DNA of 64,000 nt from Clostridia bacterium (lineage in GTDB: Bacteria; Bacillota; Clostridia; Christensenellales; DTU072): contig JAZSMH010000064.1 in NCBI GenBank assembly GCA_045535785.1, positions 5,751 to 69,750 on the forward strand, given 5' to 3'. The translations under genes and the position numbers were made by a program. Within the stretch, counting starts at the first letter, position 1. Every line of letters starts with the position of its first letter. The notes under the pieces were generated by a model that was not told the DNA's origin, did not search any database, and saw only the letters and a list, made by a program, of their open reading frames with translations. Shown one piece after another: positions 57,158 to 64,000 of the stretch.

Positions 57158-59428
57158 ATGAAAAAAACGGCAAGAATACTAATAATATTCGTAATTCTTT
57201 GTTTTGTATTCGCGTTTGTGGGATGTTCGCAGGTGAAAACTACACTCGCTGTCCCAGAGAACGTTCAAGTAATAGACAACGTCGTTCATTGGAATATGGT
57301 TGACGGAGCGGTTGGCTATTATTTGACAATTAATACCGTTGGACATGAGGTTGCAAAAGAAAAAGGAACGCATTTTGATTTAAAGAATGCTAATATTCCA
57401 TCGGGAACACAATGCGAAATATCTGTTAGAGCGGTTGGTGATGGTTATGTAAATTTAAGCTCTGGATATTCTGAACCGATATTCCACCTTTATATCGCTA
57501 ACGAAACGAACGATAACAATAATTCGGGCAACAACAATACTGGTAATAATGATAACACAAATACTGGTAACAACAACAATAATAACGGTGGTAGTAATAC
57601 TGGCAACAATAATACTGGGAATAACACGCCCGATAGTGGGACAAACGATGATAATAACACCGATAATAACGACAATAATCAAACGGTGCAACCTAAGCCT
57701 GTTACGTTCAAGTCGGCTTATTATGATTTAGGAATCGGCAGAACGGTTAATGCGATTACTGACGAATATTTAGAAGTTGATAACTATCATACGAATTTAT
57801 TTACAGAAGAAGTATTAAGCACGTTGACGTGGGCAGAAACTAAAAAAGGTAAAATGGAATCTAAATCATCTTCCGCATCTACAATGGAGGAATTGTATAG
57901 TGGAAAGAAAGAAGAATATGGTGGTGGATTCGAAATTTCTGGCGGTTGGGGAGTGTTTACAGCTGGAGTAGAATTGAAGTTTGATAATGCTACCAATGAA
58001 AAGTGGAGCAAAGTAACGAACGAATTCTATTATGATTTCAGTCAGTATTATACAGCATATTACGTTTCAATTGCAGAAAGAAACAATATAGATAAATTAA
58101 GAGCATTAATGCAACAATCAGTACTTAACGATGTAACTAATTTATCAGCAGAAGATTTTTTTGATAAATACGGAACACATGCTATATTGGCGGCAGATAT
58201 TGGTGGTAAAGTAGAAGGAAGTTTTTATATGGTAAACACCAGTGATTCATACTGGGAAGAAGAGTATGGTGCGATATCAACAGGTGTTAGTGCTGGTATA
58301 AAAGATATAATGGAAGCCAAAGTTTCGGCATATAACAAAGTTACTGATACGTTTGAGAATAATCTTTCAGAAGCAACACAGTATTTTCAAGCGAGCGGTA
58401 TAGGCGGAGCTAATTTCCCCGCGATTACACTAGATGATTTTTTGGCGAATTATAAAACGTGGGCAGAATCTATGAATGGTATAGATATTGAAGAATGCGT
58501 AATAATTGGTGCTTCACAAAAAAATAGCCTTGTTCCAATTTGGGAGTTATTACCTTCAGAATATAGTGCTGAAAAGAATAAACTAAAAAATTATTTTGAC
58601 GATTTGGCAAAGAATAACCAAAGCGACTTTTATGCAAAATACACAAAAGTACAAAATGAAACCAATGACGAAAATTTTGCTAGTGGTTTTGGGGTAGCGA
58701 ATAAACCTTACTTAATAAAAGATCCTAAGCAGTTTACTTACATGTTTAATAACTCAAAGAGTGAATGTTATTATGAATTAATCGGTGATATAAATTTAGG
58801 TGATTGGTCACAATACGGAATTAGCAATTGGAAATCTGAATCAAGAAATCCATTAGTTTACTTTACAGGTAACTTTGATGGAAAAGAGAATACGATCACG
58901 TATGATATTAAGATTGGTAAAGCAACCCTTGAATCTTGGGCTTTAGGCTTATTCCCAACAACAAATAATGCTACGATAAAAAATTTAAAAGTAGTAGCGA
59001 ACATAAAAACGTTTGATCCTCAAAACAGAAACGAAAAATGGGATATACCTGGCGGGGATATGGCGCAGGATGCCATGGTAGGAGGAATAGTGGGATATGC
59101 TAGAGAAACGGAAATTATAAATTGTTCATCGTCAGGGAATATAAGATATAATGTTGCTAGTAGTGGCAGTGATACTTGTGTTGCTGGAATAGTAGGATAT
59201 GCGCTTTCTTGCGATGTAATAAACTGTTCTAGTGCAGCAACAATTTACGCGAGAGGTAGGTGGGTTTCTATATCAGGTGTTATTGCATGCTGTTACAAGA
59301 CAAGTTATAGCAATTTATTCTCAACGGCTACGTTATCAGCAGACGTAAACTTGGAGTGGCCTTTGGGTGGCATAAGCAGACACGATACTATAGCGCAGGG
59401 TAATAAGGAGATACTAACACAAGATTAA
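57158..59428 (+). CDS. MACPF-domain lipoprotein (FN3-like domain, Asn-rich linker, MACPF, GLUG-like beta-helix)
   Basis: Lipobox 'FVGC'; MACPF-type signature FFDKYGTH-AILAADI-GG (about 58169-58207); 'SGFGVANKPYLI' and 'VGGIVG' repeats. Start moved to ATG 57158 after GGAGG. Confidence 0.8.
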   Translation: MKKTARILIIFVILCFVFAFVGCSQVKTTLAVPENVQVIDNVVHWNMVDGAVGYYLTINTVGHEVAKEKGTHFDLKNANIPSGTQCEISVRAVGDGYVNLSSGYSEPIFHLYIANETNDNNNSGNNNTGNNDNTNTGNNNNNNGGSNTGNNNTGNNTPDSGTNDDNNTDNNDNNQTVQPKPVTFKSAYYDLGIGRTVNAITDEYLEVDNYHTNLFTEEVLSTLTWAETKKGKMESKSSSASTMEELYSGKKEEYGGGFEISGGWGVFTAGVELKFDNATNEKWSKVTNEFYYDFSQYYTAYYVSIAERNNIDKLRALMQQSVLNDVTNLSAEDFFDKYGTHAILAADIGGKVEGSFYMVNTSDSYWEEEYGAISTGVSAGIKDIMEAKVSAYNKVTDTFENNLSEATQYFQASGIGGANFPAITLDDFLANYKTWAESMNGIDIEECVIIGASQKNSLVPIWELLPSEYSAEKNKLKNYFDDLAKNNQSDFYAKYTKVQNETNDENFASGFGVANKPYLIKDPKQFTYMFNNSKSECYYELIGDINLGDWSQYGISNWKSESRNPLVYFTGNFDGKENTITYDIKIGKATLESWALGLFPTTNNATIKNLKVVANIKTFDPQNRNEKWDIPGGDMAQDAMVGGIVGYARETEIINCSSSGNIRYNVASSGSDTCVAGIVGYALSCDVINCSSAATIYARGRWVSISGVIACCYKTSYSNLFSTATLSADVNLEWPLGGISRHDTIAQGNKEILTQD

Positions 59429-59464
59429 AAAAGTTGTTAAGAACATCTAGATTAGACCATTAAT

Positions 59465-59548
59465 ATGTTTACATGTTCAAGAAATAATGAAACTTATTGC
59501 TGGGTTTACTCTAGTGGAAGTTTGCCGAAGTTATATTGGGAAAAATAG
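59465..59548 (+). pseudogene. Orphan C-terminal remnant of a GLUG-type protein
   Basis: MFTCSRNNETYCWVYSSGSLPKLYWEK* lies in frame with the MACPF gene but beyond three stop codons. Confidence 0.4.
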
Positions 59549-59596
59549 TTAATAAAGCTTTTTAGGGTGCCTAATTTAACAATTTAATTACCTAAA

Positions 59597-59636
59597 ATAA
59601 AAATAACGGATACGTAATTGTATCCGTTATTTTATT
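59597..59636. terminator. Bidirectional terminator
   Basis: AAAATAACGGATAC-gtaatt-GTATCCGTTATTTT. Confidence 0.75.
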
Positions 59637-59724
59637 ATCCATAACTTTGCCTAAAGGCAAAATTTCACTCACGAAGTGAATTTCACCACAAAGTGATTTC
59701 ACCTGCCGTTACGGCAGATTTCAC
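59635..59724 (-). repeat. Hairpin mini-array D (GTGAAAT-type linkers)
   Basis: Plus-strand ATTTCAC at 59662, 59680, 59696 and 59718 between hairpins TTTGCC-taaa-GGCAAA, TCAC-gaa-GTGA, CAC-aaa-GTG and CTGCCG-tta-CGGCAG. End motif TTATCCATAAC. Confidence 0.87.
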
Positions 59725-59741
59725 TGATAACTATACGGCGA

Positions 59742-60938
59742 TTAATCTGCCGTATAGTTATCAAAGTATCCTTGTATCCAAACGATGGGGGTGCCTTTAT
59801 CTCCCGAACCGCTCGTTAGGTCGCAGAGCGAGCCGATAAGGTCGGTGAGTCTTCTAGGAGTAGTGCCTTCCGAAGCCATTTTGCCAACGAGATTGCCGTC
59901 TTTTTGGGTGATTTTTTGCTTGATAGCATTTTTAAGTTCTTCACCTTGAAGGTTAGCAAATTCATTGTCGGCTAGGTATTTTAGTTTTAACTCGTTAGGC
60001 GTGCCTTCTAGTCCGCTAGTATAGGCAGGGGATACTACGGGGTCTGCTAGTTCCCAAATTTTGCCTACGGGGTCTTTGAACGCGCCGTCGCCGTATACCA
60101 TAACTTCTATATTTTTGCCCGACTTTAATTTCAATTCGCGTTGGATAGCGTCCACCACTTCTTGACAGTCACGCGGGAAGAGTTTAACTTGATCTTCCGT
60201 TGCTTTGTTACTACCTAGAAGCCCGTATTCTGCGTTAAAACCGCTTCCATTTATGGACGTAGATAGAATATCGTCAAGCCCTAAAATAATCTCGCCACCG
60301 CTCTTTTTCAATATTCTCTTGGTGCGTGCGCGCGTGTGAATATCGCAACAAAGTACGTTCTTAGTGTAAGCGAGAATTGCTTTTGGGTTGTTAGCGAAGA
60401 TTATCTCCACTTCCGCGCCACATTCTTTTACAAGTTTTTCGTAATATGCTACGTAATCAACGCCAGTGAAGGGGTGTACTTCGTATCCAAAGAGCTCGCG
60501 ATATTGTTCTAACGTAAGTACGTCTTTGTACGGGTCAACGTCCTTTTCGTCCACCATATCCATACTTACTAAATGATTACCCACTTCGTCACTAGGGTAT
60601 GAAAGCATGATTACAACTTTCTTTGCACCCATAGCGATACCGCGCAAACATATAGCAAAACGGTTACGGCTAAGGATAGGGAAGATTACGCCTATAGTAG
60701 CATCGTTACCGAATTTAGCCTTAATATCGTCGGCAATATCGGTTACCGTCGCGTAATTACCTTGCGCACGAGCAACGACTGCTTCCGTCATAGCAACGAC
60801 GTCGCGGTCACGCAAAGGAATATTCTCTTCTTTTGATGCGGTCAAAATTGACTCGGTAACAATTTTTACAATATCGTCACCATTTCTAATAATGGGTGCG
60901 CGCACTCCGCGCGAAACTGTTCCTATCATACGTCCCAT
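59742..60938 (-). CDS. Coenzyme F420-0:L-glutamate ligase-like (CofE family) protein
   Basis: 'RAPIIRNGDD', 'TEAVVARAQGNY' and 'DLIGSLCDLTSGSGDKGTP' motifs. Start moved to ATG 60938. Confidence 0.8.
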   Translation of the reverse strand: MGRMIGTVSRGVRAPIIRNGDDIVKIVTESILTASKEENIPLRDRDVVAMTEAVVARAQGNYATVTDIADDIKAKFGNDATIGVIFPILSRNRFAICLRGIAMGAKKVVIMLSYPSDEVGNHLVSMDMVDEKDVDPYKDVLTLEQYRELFGYEVHPFTGVDYVAYYEKLVKECGAEVEIIFANNPKAILAYTKNVLCCDIHTRARTKRILKKSGGEIILGLDDILSTSINGSGFNAEYGLLGSNKATEDQVKLFPRDCQEVVDAIQRELKLKSGKNIEVMVYGDGAFKDPVGKIWELADPVVSPAYTSGLEGTPNELKLKYLADNEFANLQGEELKNAIKQKITQKDGNLVGKMASEGTTPRRLTDLIGSLCDLTSGSGDKGTPIVWIQGYFDNYTAD

Positions 60939-61100
60939 AAGCATATCTCCGTTGTAAAAAATCATTGTCAAAAACAATGCAATTAATTATACACGCATTT
61001 TGCTATCATTGGCAACTATTTGCAAAAAAAATCTTATCCGTCGCTTAAAATAAGAAACGTTAGCGAAAATCACGGCGCGTAAAATAGGGGATTAGACAAT

Positions 61101-61129
61101 AAAAAAAGACGAGAACTTTCATTCTCGTC
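61101..61129 (-). terminator. Intrinsic terminator after rplA
   Basis: A7-GACGAGAA-ctttca-TTCTCGTC. Confidence 0.75.
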
Positions 61130-61152
61130 AATTTTCTTTTTTCGGTTAGTAA

Positions 61153-61836
61153 TTACATTTTGTAGCTTACTTTTACGCCAGGACCCATGGTAGAAGCGAG
61201 AGTAACGCTCTTTAGATAAGTTCCCTTTGCTGCAGCGGGTTTTGCCTTGATGATAGCTTCCATAAGGGTATTGAAGTTGTCGGTTAGTTTTTCTACGCCG
61301 AAGCTTGCTTTACCGATAGGGCAGTGGATGATAGCGGTTTTGTCAACTCTGTATTCAACTTTACCAGCTTTTACGTCCTTAACTGCTTTAGCGATATCCA
61401 TGGTAACGGTTCCGCTCTTAGGAGTAGGCATTAAGCCCTTAGGTCCTAGTAGTTTACCTAGACGACCAACCAAGCCCATCATGTCGGGAGTGGTGATACA
61501 TACGTCGAAGTCAAACCATCCGCCTTGGATCTTTTGAACCATTTCTTCTGCACCTACGATGTCTGCGCCAGCAGCTTGAGCTTCGTCAGCCTTAGCACCC
61601 TTGGTGATTACTAGAACCTTTAGGTTCTTACCAGTACCGTGGGGAAGTACAACAACGCCTCTAACTTGTTGGTCAGCGTGACGGGGGTCAACACCTAGTT
61701 TGCAGTGAAGTTCGATAGTTTCATCAAACTTAGCTTTTGCAGTGCTGATAGCGATGTTAAGCGCTTCTGCACATTCGTATTGTTTGCTCTTGTCGTAAGA
61801 CTTTAGAGAATCAGCATATTTCTTTCCTACTTTCAT
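61153..61836 (-). CDS. rplA: 50S ribosomal protein L1
   Basis: '[14 protein letters not shown]', 'LGPKGLMP' and 'STMGPG' motifs. Confidence 0.98.
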   Translation of the reverse strand: MKVGKKYADSLKSYDKSKQYECAEALNIAISTAKAKFDETIELHCKLGVDPRHADQQVRGVVVLPHGTGKNLKVLVITKGAKADEAQAAGADIVGAEEMVQKIQGGWFDFDVCITTPDMMGLVGRLGKLLGPKGLMPTPKSGTVTMDIAKAVKDVKAGKVEYRVDKTAIIHCPIGKASFGVEKLTDNFNTLMEAIIKAKPAAAKGTYLKSVTLASTMGPGVKVSYKM

Positions 61837-61846
61837 ACGGCACCTC

Positions 61847-62272
61847 CTATTCTTCTACGGTTACGCCCATGCTACGAGCGGTACCTGCGATCATGCTCAT
61901 TGCTGCTTCTAGGCTAGCTGCGTTAAGATCGGGCATTTTTTGCTTAGCGATTTCTTCGAGTTGAGCCTTGGTAAGCTTAGCAACCTTGTCACGGTTGGGT
62001 ACTGCGCTACCGCTTTCCAATCCGCATGCCTTCTTGATAAGAACGGGAGCGGGGGGAGTCTTAAGTACGAACGAGAAAGAACGGTCTGCATATATCGTAA
62101 TGATAACGGGGATGATTAATCCTGCGTCCTTTGACGTCTTTTCGTTAAATTCCTTGGTGAACATCGGTATAGCGATACCGTGGGGTCCAAGGGTAGAACC
62201 TACAGGCGGGCCAGGGGTTGCCTTTCCTGCGGGCAATTGCAATTTTACTACTGCGTTAATTTTCTTTGCCAT
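61847..62272 (-). CDS. rplK: 50S ribosomal protein L11
   Basis: '[16 protein letters not shown]' and 'GTARSMG' motifs. Confidence 0.98.
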   Translation of the reverse strand: MAKKINAVVKLQLPAGKATPGPPVGSTLGPHGIAIPMFTKEFNEKTSKDAGLIIPVIITIYADRSFSFVLKTPPAPVLIKKACGLESGSAVPNRDKVAKLTKAQLEEIAKQKMPDLNAASLEAAMSMIAGTARSMGVTVEE

Positions 62273-62297
62273 AGTCAATTTCCTCCTTCGACTACTT

Positions 62298-62345
62298 GGT
62301 ACTAACGAATAACAATTGAGTAAGTATTTTTGTTATTCTCCCATT
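62298..62345 (-). promoter_or_regulatory. Putative L1-binding autoregulatory leader of rplK-rplA
   Basis: Minus strand TGGGAGAATAAC...GTTATTC-GTTAGT-ACCA: a GGGAG/ACCA internal-loop hairpin just upstream of the rplK SD. Confidence 0.5.
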
Positions 62346-62406
62346 TAATGTAAACCGTCTATATTACTATAAAACAGGTTATATCTAATAATTATACAAT
62401 ATAATA

Positions 62407-62958
62407 TTAGTTGTCGGCGTTAACCTTCTCAACTTGATTGAATTCAAGTTCAACGGGGGTTTCTCTACCGAAGAGTTGCATAATAACCTTTACTTTTTGC
62501 TTATCTGCATAAATCTTATCAATGGTACCAAGGTTACTTTCGAACGCACCGCTTATTACTCTAATTAAATCGCCTTCTTGAATGTCAAGGCTAGCAACGT
62601 CGCGTTTTTCTAGTCCCATACGCTTGATTTCTTCATCAGTAAGTGCCAAAGGTTTGCCACTAGGTCCGCAAAAACCGGTTACGCCTCTCGTGTTGATTAC
62701 AAGATATCCAACTTCTTGGGTGTGTATCATCTTAATGAATACGTATCCAGGGTATCTCTTCTTTTCAACAACTTTGCGCTTGCCGTTCCTTTCTACGATT
62801 TCTTCTCTAACAGGGATAGAAATTTCGAAAATATAATCTTGAAGATTGTTGTTCTCAATCATATTTTCGAGATAGTTCTTTACCATGAACTCATAAGAAG
62901 AGTAGACGTGTATTACGTACCACTTGGGAGCAACTTGCATGTTGTTTTGATTTTCCAT
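62407..62958 (-). CDS. nusG: Transcription termination/antitermination factor NusG
   Basis: 'KWYVIH', 'PGYVFIKM', 'GVTGF' and 'FGRETPVELEF' motifs. Start moved to ATG 62958 after AGGAG. Confidence 0.96.
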   Translation of the reverse strand: MENQNNMQVAPKWYVIHVYSSYEFMVKNYLENMIENNNLQDYIFEISIPVREEIVERNGKRKVVEKKRYPGYVFIKMIHTQEVGYLVINTRGVTGFCGPSGKPLALTDEEIKRMGLEKRDVASLDIQEGDLIRVISGAFESNLGTIDKIYADKQKVKVIMQLFGRETPVELEFNQVEKVNADN

Positions 62959-63016
62959 ATAACTACTCCTTTTTTCTTCCACGTGCACGACTGCACGAAA
63001 AAGCTTACCGCTCCGC

Positions 63017-63340
63017 TTATGCTGCCGCGTCGATTAGTAATCCGAGCAATTCGGATAAGCCTAGATCAAATGCAGTGATAATAACGATGAATATAACGAC
63101 GATCAAAAGTACGATACCGGTTTGAGCAAGAACGCCTTTGCCAGACTTGGTGGACTTAAACTTAGCCCATTCAACTTTCTTAAGTTCGCTAATAATATCG
63201 CGGAAGAACTTACCGAAAGACTTACGCTTCTTAGCGTTGTTCTTCTTGGTAGGCGCGTTCTTCTTCGCTTTCTCGTTATTGTTCTCAGTAACGGGAGCCT
63301 CAATTGGAGTCATTTCCAATTTAATATTTTTCTTGGACAT
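63017..63340 (-). CDS. secE: Preprotein translocase subunit SecE
   Basis: 'SELKKVEW' plus one TM; lies between rpmG and nusG. Confidence 0.9.
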   Translation of the reverse strand: MSKKNIKLEMTPIEAPVTENNNEKAKKNAPTKKNNAKKRKSFGKFFRDIISELKKVEWAKFKSTKSGKGVLAQTGIVLLIVVIFIVIITAFDLGLSELLGLLIDAAA

Positions 63341-63356
63341 TCTATCCTCCGACTAA

Positions 63357-63521
63357 CTATTTGGTTTCTTTGTGAACGGTGTGCTTTTTGCAGAATCTGC
63401 AATATTTCTTAACTTCCATTCTGTCGGGAGTGTTTTTCTTATTCTTTTTCTTGTCATAGTTGCGTTGTTTGCACTCGGTGCAAGCAAGCGTAATTTTTAC
63501 TCTGCTTCCGGCTGCTGCCAT
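63357..63521 (-). CDS. rpmG: 50S ribosomal protein L33 (Zn-binding form); not in the ORF track
   Basis: Translates to [54 protein letters not shown]; GGAGG RBS. Confidence 0.95.
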   Translation of the reverse strand: MAAAGSRVKITLACTECKQRNYDKKKNKKNTPDRMEVKKYCRFCKKHTVHKETK

Positions 63522-63817
63522 AAAACTTTTTACCTCCGAAAAAAATTACACCCTCTGAAGGTGCTAACATATAGTAACATACCTTTTTGCGTTTGTCAAA
63601 GGTTTTTCGCGCATTTTTTCGTTTTTTTATAATTTAATATAAAAAACACGCGTACACACGCGTATATATAGCGCATTGCTAGTATAGTAACGCCCGTGCT
63701 TATTGCGTGTGGTGGAACGATTAGTAGCATGGATTTTACGCGCCATTACAAAACTAGCGGACTAGAACCAACCCGTTGGCTCGGTAAAAATAAAGTTACT
63801 ATTACTGAATAAAAAAT

Positions 63818-63864
63818 ACGACTTTCGGTGTACCGTTATAGTAAAATAGGTTACCGAAAGTCGT
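63818..63864 (-). terminator. Probable terminator of the ACT-domain gene
   Basis: ACGACTTTCGGT...ACCGAAAGTCGT with an A-run on the left. Confidence 0.55.
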
Positions 63865-63878
63865 TAATAGTGTTGTTA

Positions 63879-64000
63879 TTATAGAGTTTCTATTCCTGCG
63901 TTAGATAGAGCGATTAACGCTTCCTTGTTGTCGTTAACGCGGAATACCATTATCGCTGCACCGGGGGTGCTAGCGGTGAATGCGTAGGTGTATTCAACGC
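63879..64000 (-). CDS. C-terminus of an ACT-domain protein (gene starts beyond the window)
   Basis: ...VEYTYAFTASTPGAAIMVFRVNDNKEALIALSNAGIETL* matches the 'EY.YAF...FRV.D' pattern of duplicated-ACT proteins. Confidence 0.65.
   Translation of the reverse strand, partial: VEYTYAFTASTPGAAIMVFRVNDNKEALIALSNAGIETL

Noticed and set aside
57505-57680. AAT/AAC-rich tract as a DNA repeat element
   Set aside because: It is a low-complexity Asn-rich coding linker; a similar one ends ftsH.
54647-59548. Island as a prophage or ICE
   Set aside because: No integrase, structural or conjugation genes and no flanking direct repeats were found; only the XRE gene is phage-like.
63372-63632. Plus-strand 86-aa ORF
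   Set aside because: Antisense to rpmG, which is clearly the real gene.

Overview
Chromosomal window from a low-GC, endospore-forming Firmicute (spoIIE, sigH and yyaC are present; a Clostridia gut or rumen lineage is an inference). The core content is a Tyr T-box-controlled Na+/solute symporter, a split transketolase, lemA/DUF2207, ftsH, rmuC, ispE, a full glycogen operon (glgB-C-D-A-P plus a GH13), radC-mrnC-rlmB-sigH-ppx and rpmG-secE-nusG-rplK-rplA. Accessory content includes two very large surface proteins, a secreted-protein operon (M6 protease with a dockerin next to a probable cohesin lipoprotein) and an AT-rich island (BspA-type LRR, XRE regulator, MACPF lipoprotein). The most unusual signal is a family of five intergenic mini-arrays in which a 7-nt motif (RTGAWRY) alternates with variable hairpins and ends in a shared RTTRYGGATAA motif. 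Two of these arrays form an inverted pair around a lone XRE gene, and two more abut accessory genes. No rRNA, tRNA, CRISPR-cas, integrase or transposase was seen. All calls come from reading motifs by eye; no database search was run.
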